A stretch of DNA of 61,074 nt, counting the filler, from Asterionella formosa (Eukaryota), in assembly GCA_002256025.1 (NCBI GenBank). It is 8 parts of 8 records of this genome, joined end to end, with 100 filler letters (N's around TTAATTAATTAA, not from the genome) between each part and the next. Parts side by side here need not be neighbours in the genome. Positions count along the whole stretch, not along the records: positions 7,675 to 15,240 come from NKIB01012426.1; positions 15,341 to 22,895 come from NKIB01012427.1; 6 more parts are not named here. The stretch is one strand, 5' to 3'. The notes under the pieces were generated by a model. It did not search any database, was not told the origin of the DNA, and saw only the letters and a list, made by a program, of their open reading frames with translations. Positions 11,224 to 22,895 of the stretch are shown here, piece after piece. A program made the position numbers and the translations under genes. The stretch's first letter is position 1, and the number at the start of each line of letters is the position of its first letter.

Positions 11224-12780
11224 ATGGCAGCACCACTGTCAACCGCAGAAAAAAACCGCCGCAAACGCGAGAGGAAGAAGCTAGAGAAGGAGCAGCGCAG
11301 AAAATCAGAGGAACTCGCCAAAAGCTCAGAGGAAGTAACCGAAGAAGCGATAGCAGTCAACATTGAATATGTCGCTGAATCGGTGGACACTGCAGCGGAT
11401 GAAATGGCAATGGTCTTGCGTCGCTTTCAAGAGCGTTCAGCTGTTGTGACGGATGTTGAAGATGAAAATAATTCAGCGTTCAAAAAGGAAGGTATTGATG
11501 AAGAAGATGATGACGAAGAAAATGATGATCGAAAGCCCATGAGCAAGCGCAAGCTCCGTGAAATACTTCGACCGTCCGTGGCTGATCTCAAGCGCCGTGT
11601 CAAGCGCGCCGATCTAGTGGAAGCTCACGATGTGACTGCTGATGACCCTGATTTTTTGATCCATCTCAAGAGTATTCCAGGCACAGTTCCCGTTCCTAGA
11701 CATTGGGGAAGGAAACGAAAGTACTTGCAGGGAAAGCGAGGATTTGAGAAGCCACCTTTCACTCTTCCTGATTTTATCATCAAGACTGGAATTACAGACA
11801 TTCGCGATACTATAGCTGAGGATGAATCTGGTCAGAAAGCAAAGCAAAAGAATCGCGGACGAGTAGCTCCGAAGATGGGTGCGATGGATGTAGATTACAG
11901 GACTCTTCATGATGCTTTCTTTAAGTATCAGACCAAGCCGGAAACACTTACTGGATTTGGTGACTTGTACTATGAAGGTAAAGAGCTAGAGACAAGGATC
12001 AATATGAAGCCTGGAGGTGAACTTTCTCCAGCACTTCGTGAAGCCTTGGGAATGACATCAGAATCCTCACCACCGCCATGGCTCATCAACATGCAACGAT
12101 ACGGCCCACCTCCAGGGTACCCGAGTCTCAGGATTCCTGGCTTGAATGCTCCGCTTCCAAACCCAAATTGTCAATACGGGTATCACATTGGTGGTTGGGG
12201 AAGACCTCCTGTCGACAACTACCAAAGACCACTTTACGGAGGTGATCCCTTTGGCAAGCCTGATGGCACTGGTAATGATGGCACTATTCCTGATGGAGGA
12301 TTGGTGACTAGCGATGGCAAGACTTTGTTAAATGGAGATTGGGGAGCTCTTCCCAATGCTGATGTCGATGAAGAAGTGGACAAGTCTTCAGAGGAAGAGA
12401 AAGAATCCAGTGATGAGGAAATGGAGAATTCCGAGGGCGAAGAACAAGAAGATGATGGCAATGAATCTGCGATCCCTTCGCCAGCGAAGGCGGCACCTTC
12501 AGCTGTTGATTTGCGCAAAGATCGTGGAGACGAAACTCCAGTAATAAATACGGATCCTAAACAGCTATATACTGTCCTTGAGACGACTAAGGTCGGCAAC
12601 CAAGATGGTAACGTTTTTGCTTCGGAAGTTCAATACACCGTTCCTGGCGGTCCATCCACCGCAGCTGTGCCTGAAGGAGCTGAGAGTGTTTTATTCAAGG
12701 TAGCCCCAACAGGTGACGCTGTTGCGAGAAAGAGAAAACAAGATGACGACGATGATCTTGGCAAGAATTTCAAGTTCTGA
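11224..12780 (+). CDS. SF3B2: Splicing factor 3B subunit 2 (SAP145/Cus1), intronless
   Basis: 518-aa ORF with DUF382 motifs (RPSVADLK..V.RADLVEAHDVTA.DP, VPVPRHW.RKRKYLQGKRG.EKPPF.LPDFI..TGI, DY..LHDAFFKYQTKP..LT.FGDLYYEGKE) and PSP domain (PPPWLINMQRYGPPPGYPSLRIPGLNAP); ends in FKF. Confidence 0.97.
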   Translation: MAAPLSTAEKNRRKRERKKLEKEQRRKSEELAKSSEEVTEEAIAVNIEYVAESVDTAADEMAMVLRRFQERSAVVTDVEDENNSAFKKEGIDEEDDDEENDDRKPMSKRKLREILRPSVADLKRRVKRADLVEAHDVTADDPDFLIHLKSIPGTVPVPRHWGRKRKYLQGKRGFEKPPFTLPDFIIKTGITDIRDTIAEDESGQKAKQKNRGRVAPKMGAMDVDYRTLHDAFFKYQTKPETLTGFGDLYYEGKELETRINMKPGGELSPALREALGMTSESSPPPWLINMQRYGPPPGYPSLRIPGLNAPLPNPNCQYGYHIGGWGRPPVDNYQRPLYGGDPFGKPDGTGNDGTIPDGGLVTSDGKTLLNGDWGALPNADVDEEVDKSSEEEKESSDEEMENSEGEEQEDDGNESAIPSPAKAAPSAVDLRKDRGDETPVINTDPKQLYTVLETTKVGNQDGNVFASEVQYTVPGGPSTAAVPEGAESVLFKVAPTGDAVARKRKQDDDDDLGKNFKF

Positions 12781-13389
12781 GCAAATGCCATCTTAATTAT
12801 CGTTTACCTATAGTCATGTCTGGTCAAAATCAATAAAAAAGGTAGCTTAGTTTCTCGATTTGCGATTCCCATTTATTTTGTGTTTCGTATATGTGCGTAC
12901 CAAGCAAGGCAGAATAGGGAAACGTGACTTCACTCGTAATGTGGGACTAAAAAAAATGGTTAACCCGATCAATCGCACTACCTGGTACCAGGTACCAGGG
13001 TACTGTTGTTATCGACCCCTGTTACAGTACCTTATAAATGGCTTTGAGCCACGTTATTATATCGTTTTCCGACTAATTCTAGAATTATGCTAAAATCGAT
13101 CCCCTTTTTCGCCCTTTGGCACGATATTAGTTAGTTCATTAAGCTACATGAGGATTGAATCAGTTTTTTACTTGAACGCATATTTACTCAGATCTATCTA
13201 TTTTAAAATTGTCAAAAACGGCCGAAGTGGCTCAGAGCCATTGATTAAAATTTTAGCATACATGTAGATATTTTTATAGGCGACACTGGTGGTGTCGTTC
13301 CAATTTTATCTTGTTGGTTCCATCAAAGACTCCTTGCATTTTTCGCAGCAGTCATAGACATTGCATCGTTGGTTGGTGGTCCTCCCATC

Positions 13390-14640
13390 ATATCTTGTCA
13401 TGTAATCATAGGAGTGACCAAAGGGTGAGGAAGTGGTGCTATCACAGTTGCAACTGGTATTGCAGCGTTGCCATGAATTATGGTGTCATGGTATCTGGAA
13501 CGGAGAAGTTGCTTTGTCATTGTTAATGGAAGATTGCCTGCTCCCTGGTACCACAATGCCATTGTTTTCGTTTGCACCACTGCCCACTCTGCCGACTGTT
13601 TGCTTAGTATTCTGATTCTTGCATAAACCTCGTTTGCAAGTGCTGTGTGTGCATCTATTTTCCGATTCTCTTGCTCACTCTGTACTGCTTCCACATGCCT
13701 CTTCCTTTTCAGCTGGTCATTGACCACTTCAGGACCCAGTAAGTGCCTGCCTGCAGCAACATGAATACCGGCTGTATATCATTTCTTCCTTGCAATTGCC
13801 CTTAGTTCTGATTCTTTTCATTGGCTGCAAGTTTGTCCAGATTTATTCTGCTTCTAGCATCCTCATGATTGCGATACTGTACAACCTAATCAACTAGGGT
13901 TCGAGTGATACCTTGGCACAAGTTTATTCCAGATGGGGGAATGAAAGAGACTGGTTGATTATTGTTTGCTTCTGCTTGCAGATTTAATACTTGTCAGTTG
14001 AACGTCCGGATGGAGCTATAAGATGTAGTTCAAAACCCCCAACCTTGTTCTGAAATAGCTTTTTGGTTTGTAGCGAAATGGGCAAAGGACTCATCCCAAG
14101 CCGCCCCCTGAAACCAGATCAACAAAGTCATCCTTTTCAACAGCAAATGTAGCACGGCGCCATTCCTTTGATTGAGTAAGTCTCTCTTGCATTCTGTGAG
14201 TTGGGGTGAATTTTTAGTCAGGGTAGAAATTGATGAGGTATGTCCTGCCAATGACTGTGAATCATTTAGTGTCATAGTAGCAGGTAATTGTACTAGTGAA
14301 TTAGTTGCCTTTCCTGCCTGATTTAGCTTTTGCAAATGGTACTGGAATATAGGTTTTGTTAGCCAAGCCAGTGTAGCCGCCTTGGACGCAACAATATTTG
14401 ATATTGCACCATATAGTAATAGTTTGCCATTGTTATTTGCCTTTCAAGTGAGAGCTGCTTCTTCGTCCCTTTTTTCATTTACTACAGCTTTTGGATACAC
14501 CTTCATCTGTCGCCTGCCTCGGCTTTGGCATGGTATTTGAGGTGCGACTATAAAACTAAGAAAGGTCCGGTAAAACGTGTTTTTACTTTTTTGCTTCGGA
14601 AAAGGTTAAGCTAAATTTCTCAGTTACCGGACTTTCACAG
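13390..14640 (-). mobile_element. Degenerate DDE (pogo/Tc1-mariner-like) transposase remnant with probable terminus near 14640
   Basis: Fragments AAWDESFAHFATNQKAISEQGWG and WAVVQTKTMALWYQGAGNLPLTMTKQLLRSRY resemble C-terminal parts of stramenopile DDE_1-type transposases (AW..SF.....N.KAI..RGW.P). Many stops. Confidence 0.55.
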
Positions 14641-15753
14641 TATACCAGTATTTGTTTTGTTATGCTAACTGTACTGTACCACCTAAAAACTGAGAGTCAT
14701 CCTCCTAAGTTGAATATGTCAATATATTATCTGAATACCCTTAATTATTTCATCAGAGTATCATGCATGCATTCATGATCATCACTATATGATGTGATCA
14801 TCTTCACATACATCGAAGCCGCTAAATACGCCACTATTCGAAATTTGTTCTACGTAGGAGTGTTAATTCTGTGGTACTTCACATGCATTAATGCTACTCT
14901 TCCCTTAGAAAAGGTTACTTTTAACGGTTTCATGTGAAGATTTCAAAAAAACTTTGAACTCGAGACTGAATTAGGCAGTTGATGTTTCAAATAATTCATT
15001 TCAAAGTTCAACTAAGTCCTGCTCTTGAGGCTACTAATTCATTTACGACATGCATCTTCCTTTGTGAAATAGTAAGGATATTTCTGGTGTCTTAATTCAT
15101 GCTACAGTTTATAGTTCTTGTGCACTTCACGTAAATCATATTTACTATTATAGTACTGAACAAGATTACTTGTCGTGGTTTCATGTGATGGTTCACAATC
15201 ATGCGGTTATTTCCAAGGCAGTACTAGTTGATTTTAAAACNNNNNNNNNNNNNNNNNNNNNNNNNNNNNNNNNNNNNNNNNNNNTTAATTAATTAANNNN
15301 NNNNNNNNNNNNNNNNNNNNNNNNNNNNNNNNNNNNNNNNAGTTTTCTGTCATGTCAGTATGATAATGCGCTGCTCCGCATAGAATTTCCACGCCAGAGG
15401 AACAGGAACAAAGTTAGTATTGTTTTAGTAATGTTAACTCGATGGGCCTTATGTTTGACCGTTGTTTCACTATCCCATGCGTGGCCGGCTGCATAAAAAT
15501 GCATGCGCCCTGCCATTACCACTTGGTAAAAAATTGTCATGTAAAAATTGACGTTTGAAATGGTTGTTTTCTTGATGCATCACACGACTGCATTCAGCAA
15601 CGCGAAGACGATCTTGTGTTAAATTTACACTAGTCACGCTTGTTTTCTTGATGCATCACAGGATTGTCTTCAATTTCAACTATTTATAGACAATTGTTTT
15701 TATTAGAAAATTGACACCAGGCACGCGCATTCTCTTGACTTAACACGATTGCC

Positions 15754-16450
15754 TTATGTTGTGCTATAGTAGAAATCATGCTTGAGGATTTGCTTGAGAT
15801 TATCTTTGAATGATTGTTGACTCTCAAAGTAACAAGTCAAAACCAAGTGAATCATTTGTTTTGTGTTCTTTTCATTTTTCCGTTCAAACTCTTGCTGCCA
15901 CACATCAGGTAAAAAGTAAATGACAATTAACCTCAAATCGTCCTTGGCCCAGACTTCCTGATTTTCTGGATGAGGCATCATAAGTTTGAGGAGCTTATTT
16001 AATGTCTTGACATAGGCAGCGAAGTCGATCATCAGCATGTTGAAATGTTTTATTGAGTCTTATCATGGCATCCACTCGCCTGGCTGATACTGACTCTCAG
16101 GGATATCATGACAAAGGTAATCCTCCAGCCACATCATCATGACCTTGTTGTTGAGACTGTCTTGCTCATCCAGTCAGAAAAGACTATATCTGTGAATCAT
16201 CTTTTGTGGCAGTAGGAGAACAAGTAAGGAATCTGTTGGACTGAGGAAGGTACATGTGTTAGCCATCATAGTATGAGAGAATTTACTGAAATCAATCAAC
16301 AAGCTTCCACTGAGTTTTCATTGATCTTATCTTTGTTGAAAGACTCCAAACATCAACCTGGTAGGGATACATAAAGAGGTCTGAATCATGATGGTTAGTG
16401 TGTTGTCATCCTTCATCAATGAGATCACTGGAACTTGAGAGGACAGTACA
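15754..16450 (-). mobile_element. Degenerate Ty3/Gypsy gag-like fragment
   Basis: LNKLLKLMMP...DDLRLIVIYFLPDVWQQEF...L..YFE resembles the gag motif LN..L...P....DEL..I....P..WQ..F of stramenopile LTR elements. Confidence 0.45.
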
Positions 16451-17416
16451 TCAACATGATTATTAATTCTAGCTAATTTAACTCTTTTTGAATTCAAAGT
16501 GAAGTATCTAACTAGAAGTAGTAGTATTCGTTGAATATATGAGCTTATTAGTTAATCCTTGTGGGCAACTCTTTCTGTGAGTCGACACCAAAGTATACAA
16601 TAAGGGTTGATCAAGGTCACTCATTATTGAGTTCTGATATATATGATATAACCCTAACCCTATATACATCTGTTTCCACATTGTTCCTGACAAGAGTGTG
16701 ATCGTTTGAGCTACGAGCTCCTACATAACAGGAATAATCTTTATCGCCCATTTGCTGACTGACATTTTTCAGGGGGGAACGTATTATCATTTTAGTAGTA
16801 AGTATACCTGGTACCAGGATTTCGGTGAGTAGATCCTTACTACGGCAGTACACCACGTGTCAGAATTCTAGTTGACTCCACTCCACAGGTATCGGTTACA
16901 TGTTACCAGGTACCAGGTACCAGGTACACCATTTCGTGGTGGTCCAAATAGCTATCTAGCCCTACAGTATGTAGTATCGATGTATGTAATGAGAGCAGTA
17001 CCGGTATGCATGTTATCGGTGTGAATTGCATTCGTAAAAACAATGCATTTTTGGTGCGGCTGGTGTGATGACTTCTTTCATGTATCTGGTCGTACGCTCC
17101 TTCCAAGTAAATACCGGTACATACCAGCACTAAAATTCGTCCCACCACTGCCCTCAACCACACAGATCCCAAAAACAGAAGACGGCACAAGAATTATCCA
17201 TTCCTATTTCCTCCTTTAAAAGCTCTTTTATTTTCCAACGAATCAGAGTAAGTTTTCCGACTTATCGCACGATGCTGTGACCTTTCCTTTGTTGTGTTCC
17301 CGATGAAAATGGTGATCGAAACGCCATTAGCTGCTGAAACAACAAAGGACAGGACGAGCGAATGTCAGACTTCAAGATTCTTCGCTGTTGCAAGACCAAA
17401 CGGAATTTCCCATGAA

Positions 17417-17851
17417 TGACGTAGCCAATTAGTTGTCTTCCGATTCCAATTCAAGCTGTCTGATTCCTGTTATCAGCGCTCTTATACGAGTTCCTACTTG
17501 GCGTTCGGAATCAACGGGCTCGCATATCTTTGATTCCTTTCGAATGCAGATTTATCGATCTCCCACGTCATCGGAAGATGCCAGTCCTGTAGCCGATCAG
17601 ATGTAATGTCATCATCAGAATTTCAGAATCCTGTTGGCACGAAAGGATTCATTCATCTTGACGACCTGTGGCCAATGTCACCGACAAAGTGAGGATCGTC
17701 CCTTTTCCTGTGGCCATTCTGTTTTATGATCCTTGGCCGCGGTCTCATCATTCTGAGTCGTTCTCTCGCTTTGATTTCCCCACGAAGGCGAATTTTGCAC
17801 TTGACTCATCTTTGCCTCGCCTCATATTGCCCTTCAGAACGCTAGACGTCA
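17417..17851. promoter_or_regulatory. Three TGACGT/ACGTCA bZIP-type motifs upstream of the cyclin
   Basis: TGACGT 17417-17422 (followed closely by CCAAT), ACGTCA 17565-17570, ACGTCA 17846-17851. Confidence 0.35.
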
Positions 17852-18024
17852 TCTTTGCCAGTAAGACCTACGAGAAGTGAGAGAATCAACCTCACAACCA
17901 ACCAAGCGAACACTACAAGGAACTGAAGAAGCAAGACGAGTATGAATTGCAATTGAAACTGCCTGCCACATCGGCAAGCCCATTATATTTATTGTTTATC
18001 GAATTTGTTGATAATTGAGCGGAT

Positions 18025-19285
18025 ATGGACGCCACACCAGAACAAACTGCGGAGGGTGCTGCATTGGTCCGAGTACTTGCGGCGGTTCTCGATCGTTTAG
18101 TCGGTGCTAATGCTCTCGTAGCACTTTCTGATCCTGGCCAAGTCACGAAATTTCATGCCTTGAAAGCCCCAGGGATCGGAATATTGCAATACCTTGAACG
18201 GTATGTTTGCTTCTTGCTTATTGTTGGATTCTTGTTCCTGGTCAGAAAGTTCAACTCATTGATTTATGTCTCTTCTCGTCAGTATCCACAAGTATGGGTC
18301 GTGTTCCAATGAATGTTTTGTTTTGGCTTTAATTTATATCGATCGCCTCATTCAACGGAACAATTTCCTTCTTACTGAGCTGAATGTGCACCGAGTTGTC
18401 ATCACCGCTATACTTTTGGCCGCGAAATTTTTTGATGATGCCTACTATAACAATGCTTATTATGCCAAAGTTGGTGGAGTGCTTGTATCGGAAATGAATG
18501 GGCTTGAAGTTGACTTCCTTTTTCGAATTAATTTCAGTTTGCATGTAACTTCCGACCTCTTTCACAAGTATCGTGAACAGCTTGTATCCCAAGCAAACGG
18601 TCCAAGTGTTCAAACGAAGCATGAATACACACCTATGCCTGTTGCTCCAGTCATTCGACAAGTGGCGTCTCCTAACCACGGAGCTATGATACATCATCAA
18701 ACTGTGTATATGGCTGATACGGAAAGCGTGAACTCCCTTCAAAGTGTTTCTCAAACACACAGCCATTACATACACGGCAATGAAAGGCAGTATATCACGC
18801 CGTCACCACCGGATTCGTCAGCAATGGCTGCAAGGGTTCATCCGAATGGAACTGATATGATGGCTCCGGGAAATTCTGGAGGGCTCGCAGCTGCCATGCA
18901 AGCAAGCTTAGAAACGGCTCATTTGGCTTCAACTTCAACACGCTCTTACATGCAACCATCAGGTGCCTCCCATCCTGTTTCTCAGCATTGGAGGTGTTCA
19001 CCGCAAGTTAATTATAATGGAGTGACGGTAGGGCCTCCCCCGGCTCACCTGCCAAATCATGTCGAGCAATTCGTGGTGTTTGACAATGTTAGTTATGCCT
19101 ACGGAACAACGCTTGTCCATCACCATCATGCGGTGAACGAAACGATTCCGGCTGTGGAGAAACCACATAACGGATACAACCACAAACAACATCACACCAA
19201 CCCTGCCTATGTGGCGCCGGTATCTGATTCAAATCACCATTACTTTACGAGTGGACATATGATCACTGGAACCAGTGGCAGTTAG
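18025..19285 (+). CDS. PHO80-like (P/U-type) cyclin; exons 18025-18200 and 18283-19285
   Basis: Splicing a GTATGT...CAG intron (18201-18282) gives [39 protein letters not shown]...[33 protein letters not shown]...[10 protein letters not shown], the classic PHO80-like cyclin box. 392 aa with a His-rich low-complexity tail. Confidence 0.93.
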
Positions 19286-20199
19286 CAAATTCATTGTATT
19301 TCCATTTGCACAAAGCAAAGCCAGAGATAAACTTTGGTCTGTTATGTATGGTTTCGTCGATGGATACAAAGTATGCATGTTCGGCTCCTGATTTGCACTT
19401 GCACTGTCGATCTTAAGTCAGGTGTAAATAATAAGATCCATTACTTTTGATGCTGTGATAGTCTATATAGCGTCCTGTATCTACAACGACGATTACTTTG
19501 CATGATTTATGCCTGTGCATATTTCGACAAAATCGATTTGATCAAAATGAAAAATAATTGAAATTCATGTATCAATTTTGGTCGACAAAAAAAATTTGCA
19601 CACAACATAATGATCAGGAAACTGTTGTTAAATTAAGCACTGCAAAGCAAGCTAAAGATACCGGTAGTTCTCCTATTTCTGGGATAAATACCAGCAAGAG
19701 CCGGGGAGCTGTTTTTTTGTTTATACACTCCACATACCGGTAGTACATGTTGATTAAAGAATGGAATGGCAAATCAACAGTCGTTTACATCCTCACATCA
19801 TATTTGTGCGTCATTGACACCCCTTCCCAACATATTTGCGCGTCATCGACCCCTGTTCCCACCTCCTCATTCACGCGCTATTTCGGTGATAACGACGAGG
19901 TGCACACAGAAAATGTAAGGAGTTAATACGTTTACACGGTACCAGGTACCAGGTAGCTCTACCTTCTATTGCGGTATGAATGATTTTATTACAAATCATA
20001 CGGGTCAAAATTTTATATTTCGATATGAAAATTAAAATACTGGCACATACCGGTATATCCTCGCAAAAGAACCGACTTCATTTGGCGGCTCACTGAAATT
20101 CTGTCATCCTCTGCCTCGTGTCGATTGCAAAAACCACTTCATCGTTTCGCTGAAAGCAGTAATAGTACATTTTGATTATCACATGCTTCTCTGCATGTC

Positions 20200-21210
20200 A
20201 TGTCTCCTTCAGATTTACAAATAAAAGCAAAGACGGGAGAAACGCACACCGATATTGCCGGTAATGAACATCATGATGGCAAACAAGAAACGTTAGAATC
20301 GACAACACTTCCTTCCCTTAGATTGCCGCTGGTGTCACTGTCATCGGGATTGAAAAATAAAGCTAGTCCATACATGCTCCAACCCTGGGCTGCACTATCG
20401 ATGACGTTGGACGGGCGAGATAACATTACCAAGATATTTCAGTATGCATCTCGCCTCTTGGTGTTCTGGTTCGCCCGACTTGGATGCACCACGGAAGCTC
20501 AGCGCTTCAACGCGCTCCAGTCCAACTTGACTCTCAGTCGGAAGGCATTTCGGCTGGGGAGAAGTTTGACAGAGATCGAGAAACTAAGGAAGATGAGCGC
20601 TTTCGCTCTCATTATGTGGCACATTCGGCGTGCCAGCAAAGCTGTGTCTCCCAAAGAAAATGAACAATCCCCACCACCTGCACCTCTTTGGAAGACACTT
20701 GGTTCTGCGCTCAAGATCGTGGGTTTGATTGGATTTTGGGCAGGAGACAATGTCAGCTTTCTCGCGTCCACTGGGGTCTTTGATGACTTTTCTCTGGCAG
20801 GACCGGAACGAGCCTCGAAACGAGATGCGATGCAGACAAGAGCTGCATCATTTGCCAATCGAACTTATCTTTTTGGTTCTTTGGCTGGTCTCTTTGTTGC
20901 GGCAAAATCATACTGGTTACAAAGAGTTATGGACTTGAGAATGGCAAAAGAACAACTGAGGACGACGGAATCAAACGACACGTGTCGCTTAGAAGCAGCA
21001 ACAAAATTACTTGAGAAGACGGAGAAGGAACAGTTTTCTTTATTTTTATCATTGTTGAAGAGCACATGCGATGTGATTGTGTTCAGTAACAATACAGGCA
21101 CTGATCTTTTCACCAAGATGAGAGGAAAACGGAACCATGAAGTTCTTCATTGTTTGTGTGGGATTCTCAGTGCATGCACGGTCTTGTACAACAACTTTCC
21201 TGATTCATAA
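20200..21210 (+). CDS. PEX11: Peroxisomal biogenesis factor 11
   Basis: TLDGRDNITKIFQYASRLL, LTLSRKAFRLGRSLTE, FWAGDNVSFL and C-terminal GILSA..VLY are PEX11 family hallmarks. Confidence 0.9.
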   Translation: MSPSDLQIKAKTGETHTDIAGNEHHDGKQETLESTTLPSLRLPLVSLSSGLKNKASPYMLQPWAALSMTLDGRDNITKIFQYASRLLVFWFARLGCTTEAQRFNALQSNLTLSRKAFRLGRSLTEIEKLRKMSAFALIMWHIRRASKAVSPKENEQSPPPAPLWKTLGSALKIVGLIGFWAGDNVSFLASTGVFDDFSLAGPERASKRDAMQTRAASFANRTYLFGSLAGLFVAAKSYWLQRVMDLRMAKEQLRTTESNDTCRLEAATKLLEKTEKEQFSLFLSLLKSTCDVIVFSNNTGTDLFTKMRGKRNHEVLHCLCGILSACTVLYNNFPDS

Positions 21211-21260
21211 AGTATAAATGCTAAATGTAGATCTCTTGTAAAAAAAACAATGCTCATCAA

Positions 21261-22607
21261 TCAGTTACACGATCCATCGTGACCGCAGCTTGCACAACAA
21301 GGCCCACGAGCAACTTCTCTATTTACTTCGGTGCGTCGACGTATGAAATAATCACGGCATCGGCGGTCTTGAATGATTTGTTCAAAAAGCTGATCAAATT
21401 GGTCGGATACACTCATGTGGGTCTTGAAGGCAGGAGGACGGGGCTGCTTAGCCGAGTTGTATACCAAGGCCATGCAAAATCTGACCCATGCCGTCACCTT
21501 GTCAAAGTTACACGTCGCTGAATGCTGGCGAAACTCAATCGTTGGTTGGCGACCAGTCTTCAGGTTCATGAGATTGAGCTTATAATATCGATCGTCGTTT
21601 GGATTCATCACATCACAGAGGCTGGCAACAGTTTTGCACGAACCAATTGCTTGATGACGCTTCCCGTTTGTGCCTCCAGGGATGGCGAGACGGTTACTCT
21701 TGCAAAACTTGTTTTTCGATAGTTCGCTACGACGAGATGGAGGTAGAAACGAATCAATTGCGTCCTCAAACTTCACGAAGTTTTGACAGACTTTGCTGAG
21801 CTCCTGTACGCTCAGGCCTTTGACACTGATATGAACGTGAAATCCCATAGATTTGTTGACAGATACTACAGTGTATGCGTTCAAAGCCCTGACAATGTTG
21901 TTGCATTCATTGAGTCCCTCACCTCCTCGCAAAACAGGGGAGACCAATTCGAATTTGGAGCAGTCTGGATAGTGTCTACTACATTCAATGCTTCCGTCGT
22001 GGACCAGTTTCCATCCTTCAATTTTCTTCTTCGCAGATGAGTACTCCTTGATGTAAGTCACCGGAACACCAGCGTGCTTTAGTAGCTCGCGTGAAATGCC
22101 GTGCTTGGATTCGCCGTTTTTGCAGGAGAGTTCGAGTTCGATACCGAAATCGATGTTTGGCATTTTCGCCCACTTGCGGTCTTGCAACTTGCGTACTTCA
22201 CAAAATGATTCGTACAAATCATTGCGCTTGCCACCTTCTTTCAAAACGAGATCATGAGTGGTTGTTCGCACGGTTCCTCCACGCCCGGTAAGCTTGATGG
22301 AAGCCCGAAAGTCTGAAGTCGATTGCTCCTTCTCGGTACTGAAGCGCCACACAGTACGTCCACTTGAAAGTTGGACTCGAGATGGGCTCTTGCAGACAAT
22401 AATCCGATCCTGAAATGACTCATTAAGGACGAAGGAGACGCTGTGAAGGAGATCAGGACTTCCTTCCATAATGTCGACAAAGATCGTCCATTCGTGTTCA
22501 AAGGAATTGATACTCTTGCGCTTTCTTTCTCCTCCCGATAGGCTTTTCAACTTGCAATACGTATTGCCCACTACATAATGGATTGTTAGAGGGTCTGCAT
22601 GTGTCAT
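21261..22607 (-). CDS. YEATS-like domain fused to a putative amidoligase (Amidoligase_2, COOH-NH2 ligase fold)
   Basis: N-term VVGNT...HEWTIFV...VSFVLNESF...P...F...F...IKL...HDLVL is YEATS-like. C-term has FGIELEL, WKLVHDGSI, FELVSPVL, VNKSMGFHVHI, RYYKLNL, TIEFRQHSAT and W.RF. Intact 448-aa ORF. Confidence 0.85.
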   Translation of the reverse strand: MTHADPLTIHYVVGNTYCKLKSLSGGERKRKSINSFEHEWTIFVDIMEGSPDLLHSVSFVLNESFQDRIIVCKSPSRVQLSSGRTVWRFSTEKEQSTSDFRASIKLTGRGGTVRTTTHDLVLKEGGKRNDLYESFCEVRKLQDRKWAKMPNIDFGIELELSCKNGESKHGISRELLKHAGVPVTYIKEYSSAKKKIEGWKLVHDGSIECSRHYPDCSKFELVSPVLRGGEGLNECNNIVRALNAYTVVSVNKSMGFHVHISVKGLSVQELSKVCQNFVKFEDAIDSFLPPSRRSELSKNKFCKSNRLAIPGGTNGKRHQAIGSCKTVASLCDVMNPNDDRYYKLNLMNLKTGRQPTIEFRQHSATCNFDKVTAWVRFCMALVYNSAKQPRPPAFKTHMSVSDQFDQLFEQIIQDRRCRDYFIRRRTEVNREVARGPCCASCGHDGSCN

Positions 22608-22703
22608 GATGAAAGGAATGTGATGCTATTTACACTAACTGTTGCTTGAAATTGATGTCTATTAATAAATTTCTGAAAATAATTTCACCATCGTTATTGC
22701 TTA

Positions 22704-22895
22704 AGGCAATTCCCGCTCGAGTTATCGTCGCGCCCACTCATTGAGCGTAACTGTCATAATACCAAATAATATTTTGGAGATTTCCTATCTTCACATAAAA
22801 TCTTGCGAAAGGTCCAATATTGCCCATCATTAAACTCATTTCGGCAATTCCCGCTCTAGCTATCGTCTTGCCATTCGGGTACTTCTAAGTAATTT
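22704..22895 (+). repeat. Dispersed repeat family B (GGCAATTCCCGCTCTAGCTATCGTC core, two copies), cut by contig end
   Basis: Core at 22704-22732 and 22843-22870; the intervening atttcctatcttcac...aaaggtcc.atattgcccatcattaaa matches 60358-60412. Confidence 0.85.
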
